Position numbers and translations under genes: made by a program. 64,000 nucleotides of DNA, taken from the sequence record PZ445536.1; one strand, 5' to 3'. Origin of the DNA: a phage. Positions 32,737-42,994 of the stretch are shown one piece after another. Each line of letters begins with the position of its first letter. Positions within the stretch are counted from its first letter, which is position 1. The notes under the pieces were generated by a model that did no database searches, was not told where the DNA came from, and worked only from the letters and a program-made list of their open reading frames with translations.

Positions 32737-34065
32737 TCATTTGATTTCCTCTAAATCTTTAGTGTATTCTGTAACTACATCAGTAGTTTTCCAATATTCG
32801 TTTTCTTCTTTCTTAGCTTTAGCTTCTTCAGCAAGTTTCTTTGCTTCGTCGGAAGTCATATGAAAAATATTCATTCCGACTAGTTTATCAACATAAGAAG
32901 AATACATATCAATTTTAGAAAGTTCTTCGGTCAGTTCTTTGCGAGTTTTACCCTGTACAACGATTTCACCTGAAATTACTTTCTTAATGAAATGTGCCTT
33001 GGCAAAGGCTAAACGAAATGCTGATTCAGTTTCTTTGATTTTGTTATCAATTCGTTTTTGGACATAAGTTTTACGAACTTCAACGAAGTCTTTGATTAAA
33101 TCAACTACGTTATCGTAAACTTGTAGCTTTCCTTTCTCATTAATAACGGTAATATTTTGGGAACGACGCTCAATCAACCCGAAGTCTTTCATAATTTTCG
33201 CGTGACGTTCTTCTTCGTTATCGCTCAAAGCGTATTCTTTGCGGAATTTAACTTTAAAGCCAAAACCATGCTCACCACAAGCATCATCCCATGTAATGAA
33301 GCCTTTATCTTCAAGTGGGTCTAAGATTTTACTCACATAAGTTTCACGATCATACTTATACGGAATCTCAGTGATGTGCATTTGAGTTCGTGAAGTAAAC
33401 TTATATGTTCCACGAATTTCATATTGTCCATCAATTTCAACGACTTCACCACGAAATTCTGGGAATTCTACCTTCGGTTTAGTTACTTTCTTTCCTTGAA
33501 GAGCTTGTAGTACAGCTTTCTTGACAGAAGAAACACTATGAGGAAGAATGTAAGTTGCATAACCAGTTGCAATACCGGAAACGCCATTAAGAAGAACAGT
33601 AGGAATAATAGGCAAATAGAAAGCAGGCGGAATGTGTTCTTTATCTTGATGTACCGGAGCATATTCAGTATCTTTATATACGTTATAGAAATTTTTACTT
33701 ACACGAGCAAAAATATAACGACTTGCTGCTGCCTTTTGGACAGTACGAGAACCGAAGTTTCCTTGACCATCTAACAAAGGAAAGTTATTATTCCAAGTAT
33801 TAGCCATCAAAGCGCCTGCGTCTTGTGCAGAGTTTTCGCCATGATGATATCCAAGGTCCGCTACACCACCTGCAATAGAAGCGAGTTTGTGAAACTTATC
33901 TTTATTTCCTCGTGCCAAATCAAGAGCTCGAGCAATAACAAATCGTTGAACTGGCTTAAATCCATCAATCATATTTGGGATAGCACGATTTTCAACCGTG
34001 TACATAGCATAAGCCAATGCTTCATTATCAATGATACTTTTTAAATCGCGATTATTCAGTTGCAT
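32737..34065 (-). CDS. 52: gp52 topoisomerase II medium subunit (GyrA-like)
   Basis: 442 aa (T4 gp52 length); DNA breakage-reunion domain. Confidence 0.92.
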   Translation of the reverse strand: MQLNNRDLKSIIDNEALAYAMYTVENRAIPNMIDGFKPVQRFVIARALDLARGNKDKFHKLASIAGGVADLGYHHGENSAQDAGALMANTWNNNFPLLDGQGNFGSRTVQKAAASRYIFARVSKNFYNVYKDTEYAPVHQDKEHIPPAFYLPIIPTVLLNGVSGIATGYATYILPHSVSSVKKAVLQALQGKKVTKPKVEFPEFRGEVVEIDGQYEIRGTYKFTSRTQMHITEIPYKYDRETYVSKILDPLEDKGFITWDDACGEHGFGFKVKFRKEYALSDNEEERHAKIMKDFGLIERRSQNITVINEKGKLQVYDNVVDLIKDFVEVRKTYVQKRIDNKIKETESAFRLAFAKAHFIKKVISGEIVVQGKTRKELTEELSKIDMYSSYVDKLVGMNIFHMTSDEAKKLAEEAKAKKEENEYWKTTDVVTEYTKDLEEIK

Positions 34066-34069
34066 AAAT

Positions 34070-34210
34070 TTACCATACTAGTGAATGTAGTGCCATAATA
34101 ACATCAGAAATGAAAAGCACGACTTGAATTAATCCGAACATTATTCCGTAATATAACGCTATCAATAAAATAGCAAGGGCTAATGAATAGCCCAAGATTT
34201 TCTTAATCAT
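34070..34210 (-). CDS. small hydrophobic membrane peptide (46 aa)
   Basis: Hand-translated ORF MIKKILGYSLALAILLIALYYG...; below ORF-track cutoff. Confidence 0.4.
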   Translation of the reverse strand: MIKKILGYSLALAILLIALYYGIMFGLIQVVLFISDVIMALHSLVW

Positions 34211-34361
34211 TAGTAGATAACAACACAAATGTTAAATATGCACACATACCCTGAGCTAAAGCTTGCGAAAACACACTGCTGGCATCAATACAGATAGTTA
34301 AAACACATGCTACTATCCAACAAATAAATGAAATAACTCCTAATAATTTTGCAATATTCAT
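34203..34361 (-). CDS. ac: small membrane protein, probable Ac (acridine sensitivity)
   Basis: 52-aa hydrophobic ORF (MNIAKLLGVISFICWIVACVL...) at the T4 ac position between 52 and stp. Confidence 0.5.
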   Translation of the reverse strand: MNIAKLLGVISFICWIVACVLTICIDASSVFSQALAQGMCAYLTFVLLSTND

Positions 34362-34368
34362 ATTTTCC

Positions 34369-34449
34369 TCACTGGCGTCCGAAGACGCCTTTGGTTTTAA
34401 GATTGTTACGATAGAACTGCATCACGTGTTCGTTGTGGAAATTACTCAT
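34369..34449 (-). CDS. stp: Stp peptide (26 aa; activator of host PrrC anticodon nuclease)
   Basis: Hand translation [26 protein letters not shown] matches recalled T4 Stp; start overlaps ndd stop (TAATG). Confidence 0.75.
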
Positions 34450-34907
34450 TAATATGCCTGCAAAACGAATTTAAAGTTATCAGCCAACATACGATTCATT
34501 TCTTCAAGTGTTTGATACTCAGAATGATGATTACGAGTAAACGCCAAAGCTAACTGACCTTTACCAAATCCCGTCGTCAGAGGTTTCATCTTAGAAGCAG
34601 GCAGATAAAATACTGTGTATGGAACATTGTTATTTGCAATAGTACGCGCAAGCTGAGACCGACGTTGACGAATATGACTTAGAACTGCGCTGAATCCTTG
34701 CTTAGAACGTTGATTACCTACATAAAATCGTGCAGACACACATGGATTACTAAATGGACGACCATCTAATTTACTTACTAAAAAGTAAAATCCAGGTTTA
34801 GATAAAATATCTTTATGTGGAACTCCCAAAAACCATTCACCGTTCTTGATTGTACCAATAACGGTAGCGCCTGCATTGTTCAGATCAGTAACAGTCATAT
34901 ATTTCAT
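34449..34907 (-). CDS. ndd: Ndd nucleoid disruption protein
   Basis: About 152 aa from [18 protein letters not shown]; T4 Ndd. Confidence 0.88.
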
Positions 34908-34967
34908 ATTAATTTCCTCTAAATTATTTTCTACTCCAAGGCCGCATGAATACACACGGCCATTAAA

Positions 34968-35183
34968 TTAATCGTCGCAGTCGACGCTCAATTCCCAGAA
35001 CTCTTCTACAGTATAAGTTTCAGTATCATTTTCAATACAGAAACGTTCATTACTATTATTTGCTAAAGTAGCATTAACTGTCGGTTTCTCGCTAGTGCTC
35101 TTAAGAGGTGAAATACGAATTAACTGATCACCGTTATCTAAACAAAAAATTTCACCAACTTTTACATCTTTAAAGCTTTTCAT
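34968..35183 (-). CDS. hypothetical protein (71 aa)
   Basis: ORF in ndd-denB interval. Confidence 0.55.
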   Translation of the reverse strand: MKSFKDVKVGEIFCLDNGDQLIRISPLKSTSEKPTVNATLANNSNERFCIENDTETYTVEEFWELSVDCDD

Positions 35184-35298
35184 AATTCACCTCAAGGAGT
35201 ATAAAATCCAAATGCAGTTGTTGACCATCCCATCCAATATGGGAAATTTGCACCAATGTAAAACATAAGAATATAAAACCAAATGTTTAGTAAATTCA

Positions 35299-35496
35299 TC
35301 ATTTTACACCATTCCAAATTGTTTCAACTACGGATTTTAAACCATTTTGATGAATATCAATTCCGACTACTGTCATCAAATAGATTCCAACTACAACTGA
35401 ACCTAAGGCAAAAATCAGCATGAAAATGAATAAAGCCGGAAAAATATTATCGAAAAACCATTCAATAAATGTAAAAGCACTGCGTTTACGCTTCAT
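35299..35496 (-). CDS. small membrane protein (about 65 aa from MKRKRSAF)
   Basis: ORF 35299..35517; start set at ATG following GAGGAAAATATG SD; two predicted TM helices. Confidence 0.5.
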   Translation of the reverse strand: MKRKRSAFTFIEWFFDNIFPALFIFMLIFALGSVVVGIYLMTVVGIDIHQNGLKSVVETIWNGVK

Positions 35497-35645
35497 ATTT
35501 TCCTCACATAAATCCAAAGTAAACGTTTAATACATCAATCATTAAAACGATTGGGAATATACTCAAAACTATTAGTATTATAACTACATTCCATATAGCT
35601 TTAACAATCTTTTTCATTTTCTGTTCCTCCGTAGTTGATAGGGTA

Positions 35646-35675
35646 ATAGTACCACGGAAGAACAGTCTTGTAAAC
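35646..35675 (-). promoter_or_regulatory. T4-type early promoter (GTTTAC, 18 bp, TACTAT)
   Basis: rc gtaaac 35670-35675; rc atagta 35646-35651. Confidence 0.55.
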
Positions 35676-35861
35676 AACTTTTTTTAAAAATATTCGTAAT
35701 AAATGTGAATACCAACTACTACCGCTGAAACTTGCACAGCCCACCACGCACAAGCAATAAGTACAGAATTCAAAATTTTCATAATAACCTCATCACAAAA
35801 GTAAATGTTAAACAAATTACTGGAATACTAATTAACCAAACAAAACACCACCATAATGAAC

Positions 35862-36125
35862 TCATAGCTCAATCTCAGCGATTTTCATTTCATTACTATT
35901 AATAGCCGCTTTAAGACTATCTGAAAGAATTACATTCCAGTGGTCATTCATATGACCATTAACTAAGCGTGTAATTTCTTCAGGAGTTGAAAAATAAGGC
36001 TGATCAGACTCCCAATGCGATAATCCTAAGCGAGTATAAATCATGCCTTCATCATCGCTAGAATATTCAACTGACACAAACTCATCAGTTATTTTATGTT
36101 TAGCGTAATAAAATTTAAATTTCAT
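35862..36125 (-). CDS. hypothetical protein (about 87 aa from MKFKFYYAKHK)
   Basis: ORF 35862..36224; start set downstream of early promoter 36160-36189 and GGAGAATAAAATG SD. Confidence 0.55.
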   Translation of the reverse strand: MKFKFYYAKHKITDEFVSVEYSSDDEGMIYTRLGLSHWESDQPYFSTPEEITRLVNGHMNDHWNVILSDSLKAAINSNEMKIAEIEL

Positions 36126-36159
36126 TTTATTCTCCAAATCCGTATCAGTTGATAGTTGT

Positions 36160-36189
36160 ATAGTACCACGGTCCTTGTGGTATGTAAAC
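36160..36189 (-). promoter_or_regulatory. T4-type early promoter cassette
   Basis: rc gtaaac 36184-36189; rc atagta 36160-36165. Confidence 0.6.
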
Positions 36190-36205
36190 CGTTTTGTGAA
36201 AATTT

Positions 36206-36763
36206 TTAAATGGAAAGATACCATCCGTTGTAGTTGCTTTTTCTTACAACCTTACGAAGGTCTTCTCTATCACCGATGAACTTTGGAGTGTACTGGATGA
36301 CACCTGGATGAATTTCTTTAGTGTTGAATATAATTATACAGTCAGCGACCTGATGATTCAGAATGGGCCCTAGATTTATTCCAGAACCATATGGATACTC
36401 TCCGCTGCATCCCGTTGTTACCGAAATCCATCGTGAGTCAGTTTGATGGGTCTTAACTTCTACACGAAGCCCACAGTATTTTGGATGCGCCAATACATCC
36501 CATGCATATGTGTACGGATCATCGACATCTTCTTGACCTTTGTTAACATACCCGCTCAGCCAATCTGCCACAAAAAACTCTGCGTACACAGCGATACGAC
36601 ATCTTTCAATAACTTCTGCCTTATTCTGATTTGGGTTTTGTTTTAAAGAGTATCTTGCAGTATCAGCAATTTTGACCTTCATTTCACTAGTCAAGTCACC
36701 GTTCGATAGAGTAAATGTCGGAATCTGAAATAGTCTCTGTAACCCAGGATTCGTTTTCTGCAT
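36206..36763 (-). CDS. denB: endonuclease IV (DenB)
   Basis: 185 aa (T4 DenB length) at conserved position between ndd cluster and rIIB. Confidence 0.75.
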   Translation of the reverse strand: MQKTNPGLQRLFQIPTFTLSNGDLTSEMKVKIADTARYSLKQNPNQNKAEVIERCRIAVYAEFFVADWLSGYVNKGQEDVDDPYTYAWDVLAHPKYCGLRVEVKTHQTDSRWISVTTGCSGEYPYGSGINLGPILNHQVADCIIIFNTKEIHPGVIQYTPKFIGDREDLRKVVRKSNYNGWYLSI

Positions 36764-36820
36764 TTAAACTTTCCTTTATGTCGGAATCACTGATATTCAT
36801 ATAATAAATCATAATTTCTC

Positions 36821-36843
36821 TTAAAACAAAAGGGCCGAAGCCC
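36821..36843 (-). terminator. putative terminator (GGGC-UUCG-GCCC + UUUUGUUUU)
   Basis: Hairpin and U-tract on - strand downstream of ORF 36850..37044. Confidence 0.5.
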
Positions 36844-36849
36844 TTTATT

Positions 36850-37044
36850 TTACTTGAATTGTGCAATTCTTTTCTCTAGACATTCAGCGTAAGATTTCAT
36901 TGAGATGAACTGTGAAAGTAGCAGTTCTTGCTCAACTGCGTTAACTGTTAGAAACTTTGCGCTTTCTAAAAATTTGCTCAGTGCATTAATTTTGAGCATT
37001 AATTGATCGTATTCTTCTTTTACTCGTGCTTGATAACCTAACAT
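36850..37044 (-). CDS. hypothetical protein (64 aa)
   Basis: ORF between rIIB and denB with AAGGAAAATTATG RBS. Confidence 0.55.
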   Translation of the reverse strand: MLGYQARVKEEYDQLMLKINALSKFLESAKFLTVNAVEQELLLSQFISMKSYAECLEKRIAQFK

Positions 37045-37060
37045 AATTTTCCTTAGTTAA

Positions 37061-37072
37061 GGGCCGAAGCCC
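37061..37072 (-). other. stem-loop GGGC-UUCG-GCCC immediately after rIIB stop
   Basis: Read from sequence; followed by SD of the next ORF. Confidence 0.4.
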
Positions 37073-38010
37073 TTATTTAAATTGTTCAGTAACGTCTTCA
37101 ACTACTTCGTATTGGCAGGTACGCATTTTAGCATCGTTGTAATCAATCGGAATTGATACTACATCACGCGGATGTACTTTAACTTTTACGACTCGGCTGG
37201 TTGAACTGCCAAAGTGACGAATATAAGATTTAGAACACACATGCAGACCACGAGAACAAGTTTGTGTATCATCGTCATTCACACGAGTACGTGGCATTTT
37301 AACTACTTTACCCGGACTGTTATCAAAGGTGTTTGAGTGACAGTCAAAGTAATTGCTGCGAACTACTTTCCAAGCATAGAAGTAACCATCTTCTGTAATT
37401 TCAATATCGTTTGCTACCAAGAAATCAAAGAGTCGAGATACCGCTTTTTGGCTTGGGTTTTCCAGCAGATTTTCCAAGAACGGAAAATAAAATTCAAAGT
37501 TTTCGCCTTTTTCCATCGAATCAAGAATACGATCAACTAAACCAGACCGCAATTCAATATTTTGATAGAACAAGCTTCCACCTTCAATTCGAACATCGCC
37601 GGAAATATATTTTTCAACAGCGCGACGAACATTAATTTTTGTGCAGCTTCTTCCAGCTTATCTGTTACAAGCAGATTAAGAATTTCCTGGAAGTTTGAAT
37701 GAGTATTAGGAGTTGCGTTATAAGTTACACCCTCAACAGTAATTGAAATGAATTTTTTAGATGCATTCCAAATAATGTCAGATTTAGCAACTGGAGCAAT
37801 AACTGCATCGCTATTAACTTTAACTGTAATATCACCACTAATAGTAACTTTAGGGCGTTTAGCTTCTTCAGCATTTTTCAAAACACGACGGATTGTGTCA
37901 ACCGATACATCCTTCCAATAAGCTAATTCCTGCTGAGTGTAATTACCACTTGAATACAGTTTAACAATTTCAGCTTGTTCGTTTTTGGTCAGGCATTTAA
38001 TATTGTACAT
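37073..38010 (-). pseudogene. rIIB: rIIB, split by an apparent -1 frameshift in an A5 run (two ORFs 37537..38010 and 37073..37573)
   Basis: N-terminal ORF begins MYNIKCLTKNEQAEIVKLYSSGNYTQQELA (rIIB); reading frame shifts after ...LEEAAQK at coding-strand CAAAAATTAATG (+ strand T-run 37636-37640); restoring one A gives a continuous ~312-aa protein (...AAQKINVRRAVEKYISGDVRIEGGSLFYQNIELRSGLV...). Confidence 0.8.
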
Positions 38011-38021
38011 AATTTTCCTTA

Positions 38022-40199
38022 TTAGGCCGCAAGGGCCTTCATAGTTTTAGCGATTTGGGAAACTTCATCATCACTTAAAGAGTTGCGATAACCGATGAAG
38101 TCGGAAACAATACGGAATTTCTTGGTAAACTCAGCAACCATTTTATCACTATTTTTTGAAGCATTACGTGATAATTCATCAAAAAGATTAGTTACCGTCC
38201 AGATGTCATGACCGATGGTATCTTTTCCACCATTAAAATATACACCGCGCAATGAACTAACTATATTAGCGAGTCGTGTATATTCTTCAGAAACTTCATC
38301 TGTACTGAAGTACTTCATCATAAAATCTAGTTCAGGATACTTGATAATTTTATCAATATATCGTTGAGCTGAACTTGAATAACCTACATACTTATCATAA
38401 TCTACATCATCAAAAGCATCTACATATAAATCACGCAAAGCTTCAAAAATACATTGGCACTGACCGAGTTCTTTTACCTTTTTCTGTAAAAGCGGACGAA
38501 TAACATAAAATTCATTAATGCCAATAAGATTAGCCATACGAATCAAAATATTCATAGATGGATGACAAAGTGATGTAGTACCATCCATAGAGAAAATATC
38601 AGAACGATGCATATACGCTACATAACCAGTAATTTCATCTGCTTCTGACGTAAGTGTAAATAATTCCTCTTTTTCCCAACGCCCATCTTTAATTTCAAAC
38701 TTAAATGCTGTAGCAGCTTTAGGACGAGGAGCTTTACTTTTAACTACCTTTGGAATATAGCTTTTAACTAAAGCTTCAATTTCTGACAAATAATGAATGT
38801 TAACTTCATCACTTTCAAACATTGCCATAATATCAGGTAGTAAATCAATCTGCGATTCTACTTCCGGATTAATAAACAGAAGACGCTCATTGTGATGAAT
38901 ATTTAAAGTGTTATTAAATTCACTATCATCTAGCGCATGTGCTAATCCACGGACAATATTAACACGATTTTTAATATTATCAATAACGATATTAATTTTT
39001 GTTGTATTAATACCAAACAGACGATAACTTGACGCAACGACTGATGTTTCATGACTTTGCTTAATGCGCTTCAGTCGAGGGTCAAGATTTACTTCATACA
39101 CAACTCCTGCATTACATAACTTACTGTCAGGTTCAAACATGCTCTGCATTTTCTTATATGACAGATTTTTAGTCGTGAATTTGACTGAATTACTAATCAT
39201 ATAATCTCGAGCAGAATACCCCATCTTCATCAATTCACGATATGTGTGACGAGGAGATGTAGATTCTTTAAATCGTTTTACATCTTCATTAAATGCTTTC
39301 TCACTAAGCTCTTTAACTCGTTCAATAATATTTTTACGAGTGCGATCATCTAATGAAAGAGCTTCACGTGATGGAGCAATATCAAGTGAACCCATTGGAA
39401 ATTTAATGTAATTCACTTCATTACGAATGCTTAGCCAGTTACGGTCTCTAATAACACCATCGATAGGATAAACAATACCACCATAGATAGCATATAATCC
39501 ACCACGATCAGGCCAGTATCTTTCTGGATTTACACCGTAATAGTCATCAAAATCCGGAAAATAATCAATTTCGCGGTCAAGACCATTAATGATAGCCAAA
39601 TCTTTGAACGGTCGCATGATATAAGAAACTTCATAAGCAAAGTTTCTAAAGTCTTTTTCTTCAACTGGAACTACGATTTCAATACCAGTTTTATCATCTG
39701 GACCCATTTCTTTCACGAATGTAGGTTTAATTTGTGGACCATCGCCATCCATGTAAGCTACATAACCACGAATTTCACCTTTATGATACGAAGTAATACT
39801 AAACGTATCAGTATAACTAAACGGAGATTTAGAACCTAAACCAAATCCGCCAATAAAGTCATTAGATTCAGCCTTAGATAAACTGAAGTATGAATTATAC
39901 AAACCAGGAGAATTATCATCACCCTGAATATCAAAATCACTCATACCCGGACCAAAATCTCGGCAAACAAATCGTGGATCTAAACGTCCAGGAACTTGAA
40001 TGATAAATTTTTCAGGATTTCCATTGAGAGCATGGGCATCAATCATGTTGGTAATCAATTCACGGACTACTGCGCGAATTTTGTTTGTATACAAATCAGA
40101 TGACAGAATTTTAAATACTTTAGGATTTGCTGCGATGCTAAATGCTTTTGATTTAGAACCATTGCCAAGAATAGTTTCTTTTTCAGTGGTGATAATCAT
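38022..40199 (-). CDS. rIIA: rIIA (membrane-associated GHKL-type ATPase-like protein)
   Basis: 725 aa (T4 RIIA length); N-terminal ATPase-like motifs; rIIA-rIIB junction TAATAAGGAAAATTATG. Confidence 0.92.
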   Translation of the reverse strand: MIITTEKETILGNGSKSKAFSIAANPKVFKILSSDLYTNKIRAVVRELITNMIDAHALNGNPEKFIIQVPGRLDPRFVCRDFGPGMSDFDIQGDDNSPGLYNSYFSLSKAESNDFIGGFGLGSKSPFSYTDTFSITSYHKGEIRGYVAYMDGDGPQIKPTFVKEMGPDDKTGIEIVVPVEEKDFRNFAYEVSYIMRPFKDLAIINGLDREIDYFPDFDDYYGVNPERYWPDRGGLYAIYGGIVYPIDGVIRDRNWLSIRNEVNYIKFPMGSLDIAPSREALSLDDRTRKNIIERVKELSEKAFNEDVKRFKESTSPRHTYRELMKMGYSARDYMISNSVKFTTKNLSYKKMQSMFEPDSKLCNAGVVYEVNLDPRLKRIKQSHETSVVASSYRLFGINTTKINIVIDNIKNRVNIVRGLAHALDDSEFNNTLNIHHNERLLFINPEVESQIDLLPDIMAMFESDEVNIHYLSEIEALVKSYIPKVVKSKAPRPKAATAFKFEIKDGRWEKEELFTLTSEADEITGYVAYMHRSDIFSMDGTTSLCHPSMNILIRMANLIGINEFYVIRPLLQKKVKELGQCQCIFEALRDLYVDAFDDVDYDKYVGYSSSAQRYIDKIIKYPELDFMMKYFSTDEVSEEYTRLANIVSSLRGVYFNGGKDTIGHDIWTVTNLFDELSRNASKNSDKMVAEFTKKFRIVSDFIGYRNSLSDDEVSQIAKTMKALAA
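38024..38038 (-). other. stem-loop AGGCC-GCAAG-GGCCU at 3' end of rIIA coding sequence, just upstream of rIIB RBS
   Basis: Read from sequence. Confidence 0.35.
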
Positions 40200-40209
40200 A
40201 ATTTCCTCA

Positions 40210-40413
40210 TTAATTCATATTGCGTTTAATAACTTCAGCAACTTCTAGTAGTTCATCTTTAGTTGCAGTGTCGGATTGAATTTTATCTCTAATATCTTTA
40301 AAGCGGTTTTTAAATTCTTCGGCTTCTCCCATATCGAAAAAGCGTTGAATGATTCTATATTCTCGATGAACTGCTTTATCAAAAAGTTCTAAATTTACTC
40401 TATATGATTTCAT
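40210..40413 (-). CDS. hypothetical protein (rIIA.1-like, 67 aa)
   Basis: ORF immediately upstream of rIIA; early promoter at 40439-40468. Confidence 0.6.
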   Translation of the reverse strand: MKSYRVNLELFDKAVHREYRIIQRFFDMGEAEEFKNRFKDIRDKIQSDTATKDELLEVAEVIKRNMN

Positions 40414-40438
40414 TTCAATATCCTCATTTGCCCAATTA

Positions 40439-40468
40439 ATTATACCACATCCTTGTGGTAAAGTAAAC
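40439..40468 (-). promoter_or_regulatory. T4-type early promoter (GTTTAC, 18 bp, TATAAT)
   Basis: rc gtaaac 40463-40468 overlapping gene 39 stop; rc attata 40439-40444. Confidence 0.6.
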
Positions 40469-42285
40469 TACTGGCTCATCCATTCTTTACGAAGGTCAGC
40501 ATTATCTCCCATGAGCATTTCAAAAAGCTCTTTCCAATTCTCAGGAAGTTTAACAACATCATATACTGGATTTTGAATCATCTCACGATATTCAGATTTT
40601 TCCAAAGAGCCAAGTCCTTTAATATAACGGATGCTATGTTTAGGTAGAGCATCTTTGGCACTCTCATATTCAGCGACTGTATAAAACCATTCTTGTTTTT
40701 TACCGACCTGAGCGATGATTACAGGAGTTTTGACGAAGCGAATTCGTCCTTGCTCAAACAATTCTGGCCAATTACTAAAAAATCCGAGCAGAGAAGGATA
40801 AATGCTTCCTAGACCATCATGGTCAGCATCAGTCATAATAGCAATATTGCGATAATTCAAGTTTTCAGCTTTTTCACCAAGAACTAATCCAGTGATTGCG
40901 CAAATATCAAATAGCTCTTTGTTTTTAAGCATATCTGCATAAGACATACCCCAACTGTTGAGAACTTTACCGCGCAATGGATAACCACCATGAAGTTCTT
41001 TATCACGAACATCAATAAGATATCCGATAGCCGAATCACCCTCAGTCAAGAAAAGAGTAGTATCAGCATCTTTACCACAAAGATTCGCTTTGATATGTTT
41101 ATGAACCTTAGCTTTAGAAGCCTTTTTAGCTGCTTTAGTTTCTGCTGCTTTTTCTGCCGCCAATTTACGAGCCAAAGCAGCTTCGATAATCGGCATTAGA
41201 ATTGCTTCATTATTTAGAATAGCGCGTGAAATCTTTTTAGCATCAAGCTGAATATGACTACGAATTTCGCCAAATGGAGAAGTCAAACGCTCTTTAGTTT
41301 GAGAATCAAATCGCATGTTTTTCATATCACGGACAAACATAACGATAGTCAAACATTCTTTAACGCGTGCTTTAGTCACATCAATTTTGAACTTACGTTT
41401 GATTTGTGGAATAAGGTCTTCACAAATATCATCCATAACACAGTCAATGTGATGGCCACCATTCTTAGTATGAATGTTATTGACGTATGTTAATTGACGA
41501 AAACCATCCGGTGAACGACCAACCGCAATAGAACAATTTTCTTGTTCTTGAACGATAGCATGCTCATCATATTGGCGTGCATATTTCTTAAAATTGCCCT
41601 GAACCTTTTTACCATTAAAGGTAAATTGAATATCAGGATAAACTACTGCAAGTGTCTGGAGACGATCTAGTGTAATGTCAAGATAAACCTGAGATAGCTC
41701 ATTAGTTTCAAATGACATAAAATCAGGAATGAAAGTAACACTGGTTCCTTTCCATTTTCCAGGAATAGTTTCCCAGGATTTATTTTCCATGCCATTTGAA
41801 CAACGAACTACAATATTATTTTGACCATCGCCAGTTTCACCGACAAACATCACAGAAAAAATGTTAGTTAAACTAGAACCAACACCATTCATACCACCGG
41901 TGACGCGTTCTTTATCATCACCAAAGTTACCACCTGCTTTTGGAATAGTCCATGCAGCAACAGGACCAGGAATTTCTTCACCGGTAGGTGTTTTAACCAT
42001 CGCTTGTGGAATACCGCGACCGTTATCTTCAACTGTTACTTGATTGTTTTTAATAGTAACATTAATTTTATTTGCGAATTTAAACTTAGTACGAATACCT
42101 TCATCTACTGAGTTATCGATAATTTCATCAATAAGCTTAACAAGACCAGGTACATACTGAACACTTTCCCATTTACCAAACAGAAAGCGCTCATGCATTT
42201 CATTAGCTGAAGAGCCAATGTACATGCCGCTACGCTTTTTGATATGTTCAATATCGCTCAGAATTTTAATTTCATTCTTAATCAT
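40468..42285 (-). CDS. 39: gp39 topoisomerase II large subunit (GyrB-like), uninterrupted 39+60-type ORF
   Basis: 605 aa from ATG at 42285; GHKL ATPase and Toprim features; no split into genes 39 and 60. Confidence 0.9.
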   Translation of the reverse strand: MIKNEIKILSDIEHIKKRSGMYIGSSANEMHERFLFGKWESVQYVPGLVKLIDEIIDNSVDEGIRTKFKFANKINVTIKNNQVTVEDNGRGIPQAMVKTPTGEEIPGPVAAWTIPKAGGNFGDDKERVTGGMNGVGSSLTNIFSVMFVGETGDGQNNIVVRCSNGMENKSWETIPGKWKGTSVTFIPDFMSFETNELSQVYLDITLDRLQTLAVVYPDIQFTFNGKKVQGNFKKYARQYDEHAIVQEQENCSIAVGRSPDGFRQLTYVNNIHTKNGGHHIDCVMDDICEDLIPQIKRKFKIDVTKARVKECLTIVMFVRDMKNMRFDSQTKERLTSPFGEIRSHIQLDAKKISRAILNNEAILMPIIEAALARKLAAEKAAETKAAKKASKAKVHKHIKANLCGKDADTTLFLTEGDSAIGYLIDVRDKELHGGYPLRGKVLNSWGMSYADMLKNKELFDICAITGLVLGEKAENLNYRNIAIMTDADHDGLGSIYPSLLGFFSNWPELFEQGRIRFVKTPVIIAQVGKKQEWFYTVAEYESAKDALPKHSIRYIKGLGSLEKSEYREMIQNPVYDVVKLPENWKELFEMLMGDNADLRKEWMSQ

Positions 42286-42312
42286 CACTTATCCTCGTTT
42301 GGTTTCGGGAAT

Positions 42313-42337
42313 ATTATACTCCAGTAATCATAAAGCT
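42313..42337 (-). promoter_or_regulatory. putative MotA-dependent middle promoter for gene 39 (AGCTTTA-12-TATAAT)
   Basis: rc taaagct 42331-42337 and rc attata 42313-42318 with 12-bp spacer. Confidence 0.45.
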
Positions 42338-42340
42338 AAA

Positions 42341-42352
42341 GGCCCGAAGGCC
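42341..42352 (-). other. stem-loop GGCC-UUCG-GGCC downstream of ORF 42355..42624
   Basis: Read from sequence; moderate U-rich tail. Confidence 0.4.
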
Positions 42353-42354
42353 TT

Positions 42355-42624
42355 TTATTTAAAACGAATAGTTGAATCCTTAAAGAACAGCCCAGAACAT
42401 ACTGTTCCTTCTACTTTCTGCCCGGTAGGTCCAATAGCACGAAATCCAGTATGTTGGAAATCATTTTCAGAGCAACCGAACCAGTTATATCCAGTGATTT
42501 CAATATTAGTAAAACCGCTTGAAGATAAAACTTTGGTTGCATTATCAGCATCAGTACATCCTACTAAAGATACTGCTAATACTAATGCTGCAATAGAACG
42601 ATTAATATATTTCATAATTTTCAC
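42355..42624 (-). CDS. putative lipoprotein (89 aa)
   Basis: Signal peptide with lipobox LVGC. Confidence 0.6.
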   Translation of the reverse strand: MKIMKYINRSIAALVLAVSLVGCTDADNATKVLSSSGFTNIEITGYNWFGCSENDFQHTGFRAIGPTGQKVEGTVCSGLFFKDSTIRFK

Positions 42625-42992
42625 TTAAATTTAATGGCTTGAAGAAGACTAATAATTCTCAAACGGCTTCTTTCATCTTTAACTGTAAAAGAAAGAGGGT
42701 CACCAGATTTCATAGTAATAGTACATTCAAAATCAAAATCTTCGGGAACTTCTTCGAATAGGTCAAATTCTTCATCATAAATTAGAACATTACTCTGAAA
42801 ACTGTGAAGAATTTTTCCATCATTTCCAGATGCTGTACTAATCATTGTAACATTATTACCTTTCATATCTTCAACGATAAATTCGCTTGTAGATATTACA
42901 TTACTAATAGAACCATTCCTATAAATAGCAGAAAATAGATATTTCTTTTCTTCGCCTTCGCGAATACGATACTTCTTACCGATTTTAAACAT
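42621..42992 (-). CDS. hypothetical protein (123 aa)
   Basis: ORF in 39-dexA variable region. Confidence 0.6.
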   Translation of the reverse strand: MFKIGKKYRIREGEEKKYLFSAIYRNGSISNVISTSEFIVEDMKGNNVTMISTASGNDGKILHSFQSNVLIYDEEFDLFEEVPEDFDFECTITMKSGDPLSFTVKDERSRLRIISLLQAIKFK

Positions 42993-42994
42993 AA

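Noticed and set aside
40468-42285. Gene 60-style translational bypass (hop) element
   Set aside because: The topoisomerase large subunit is one uninterrupted ORF; no in-frame stop followed by a 50-nt gap and resumption
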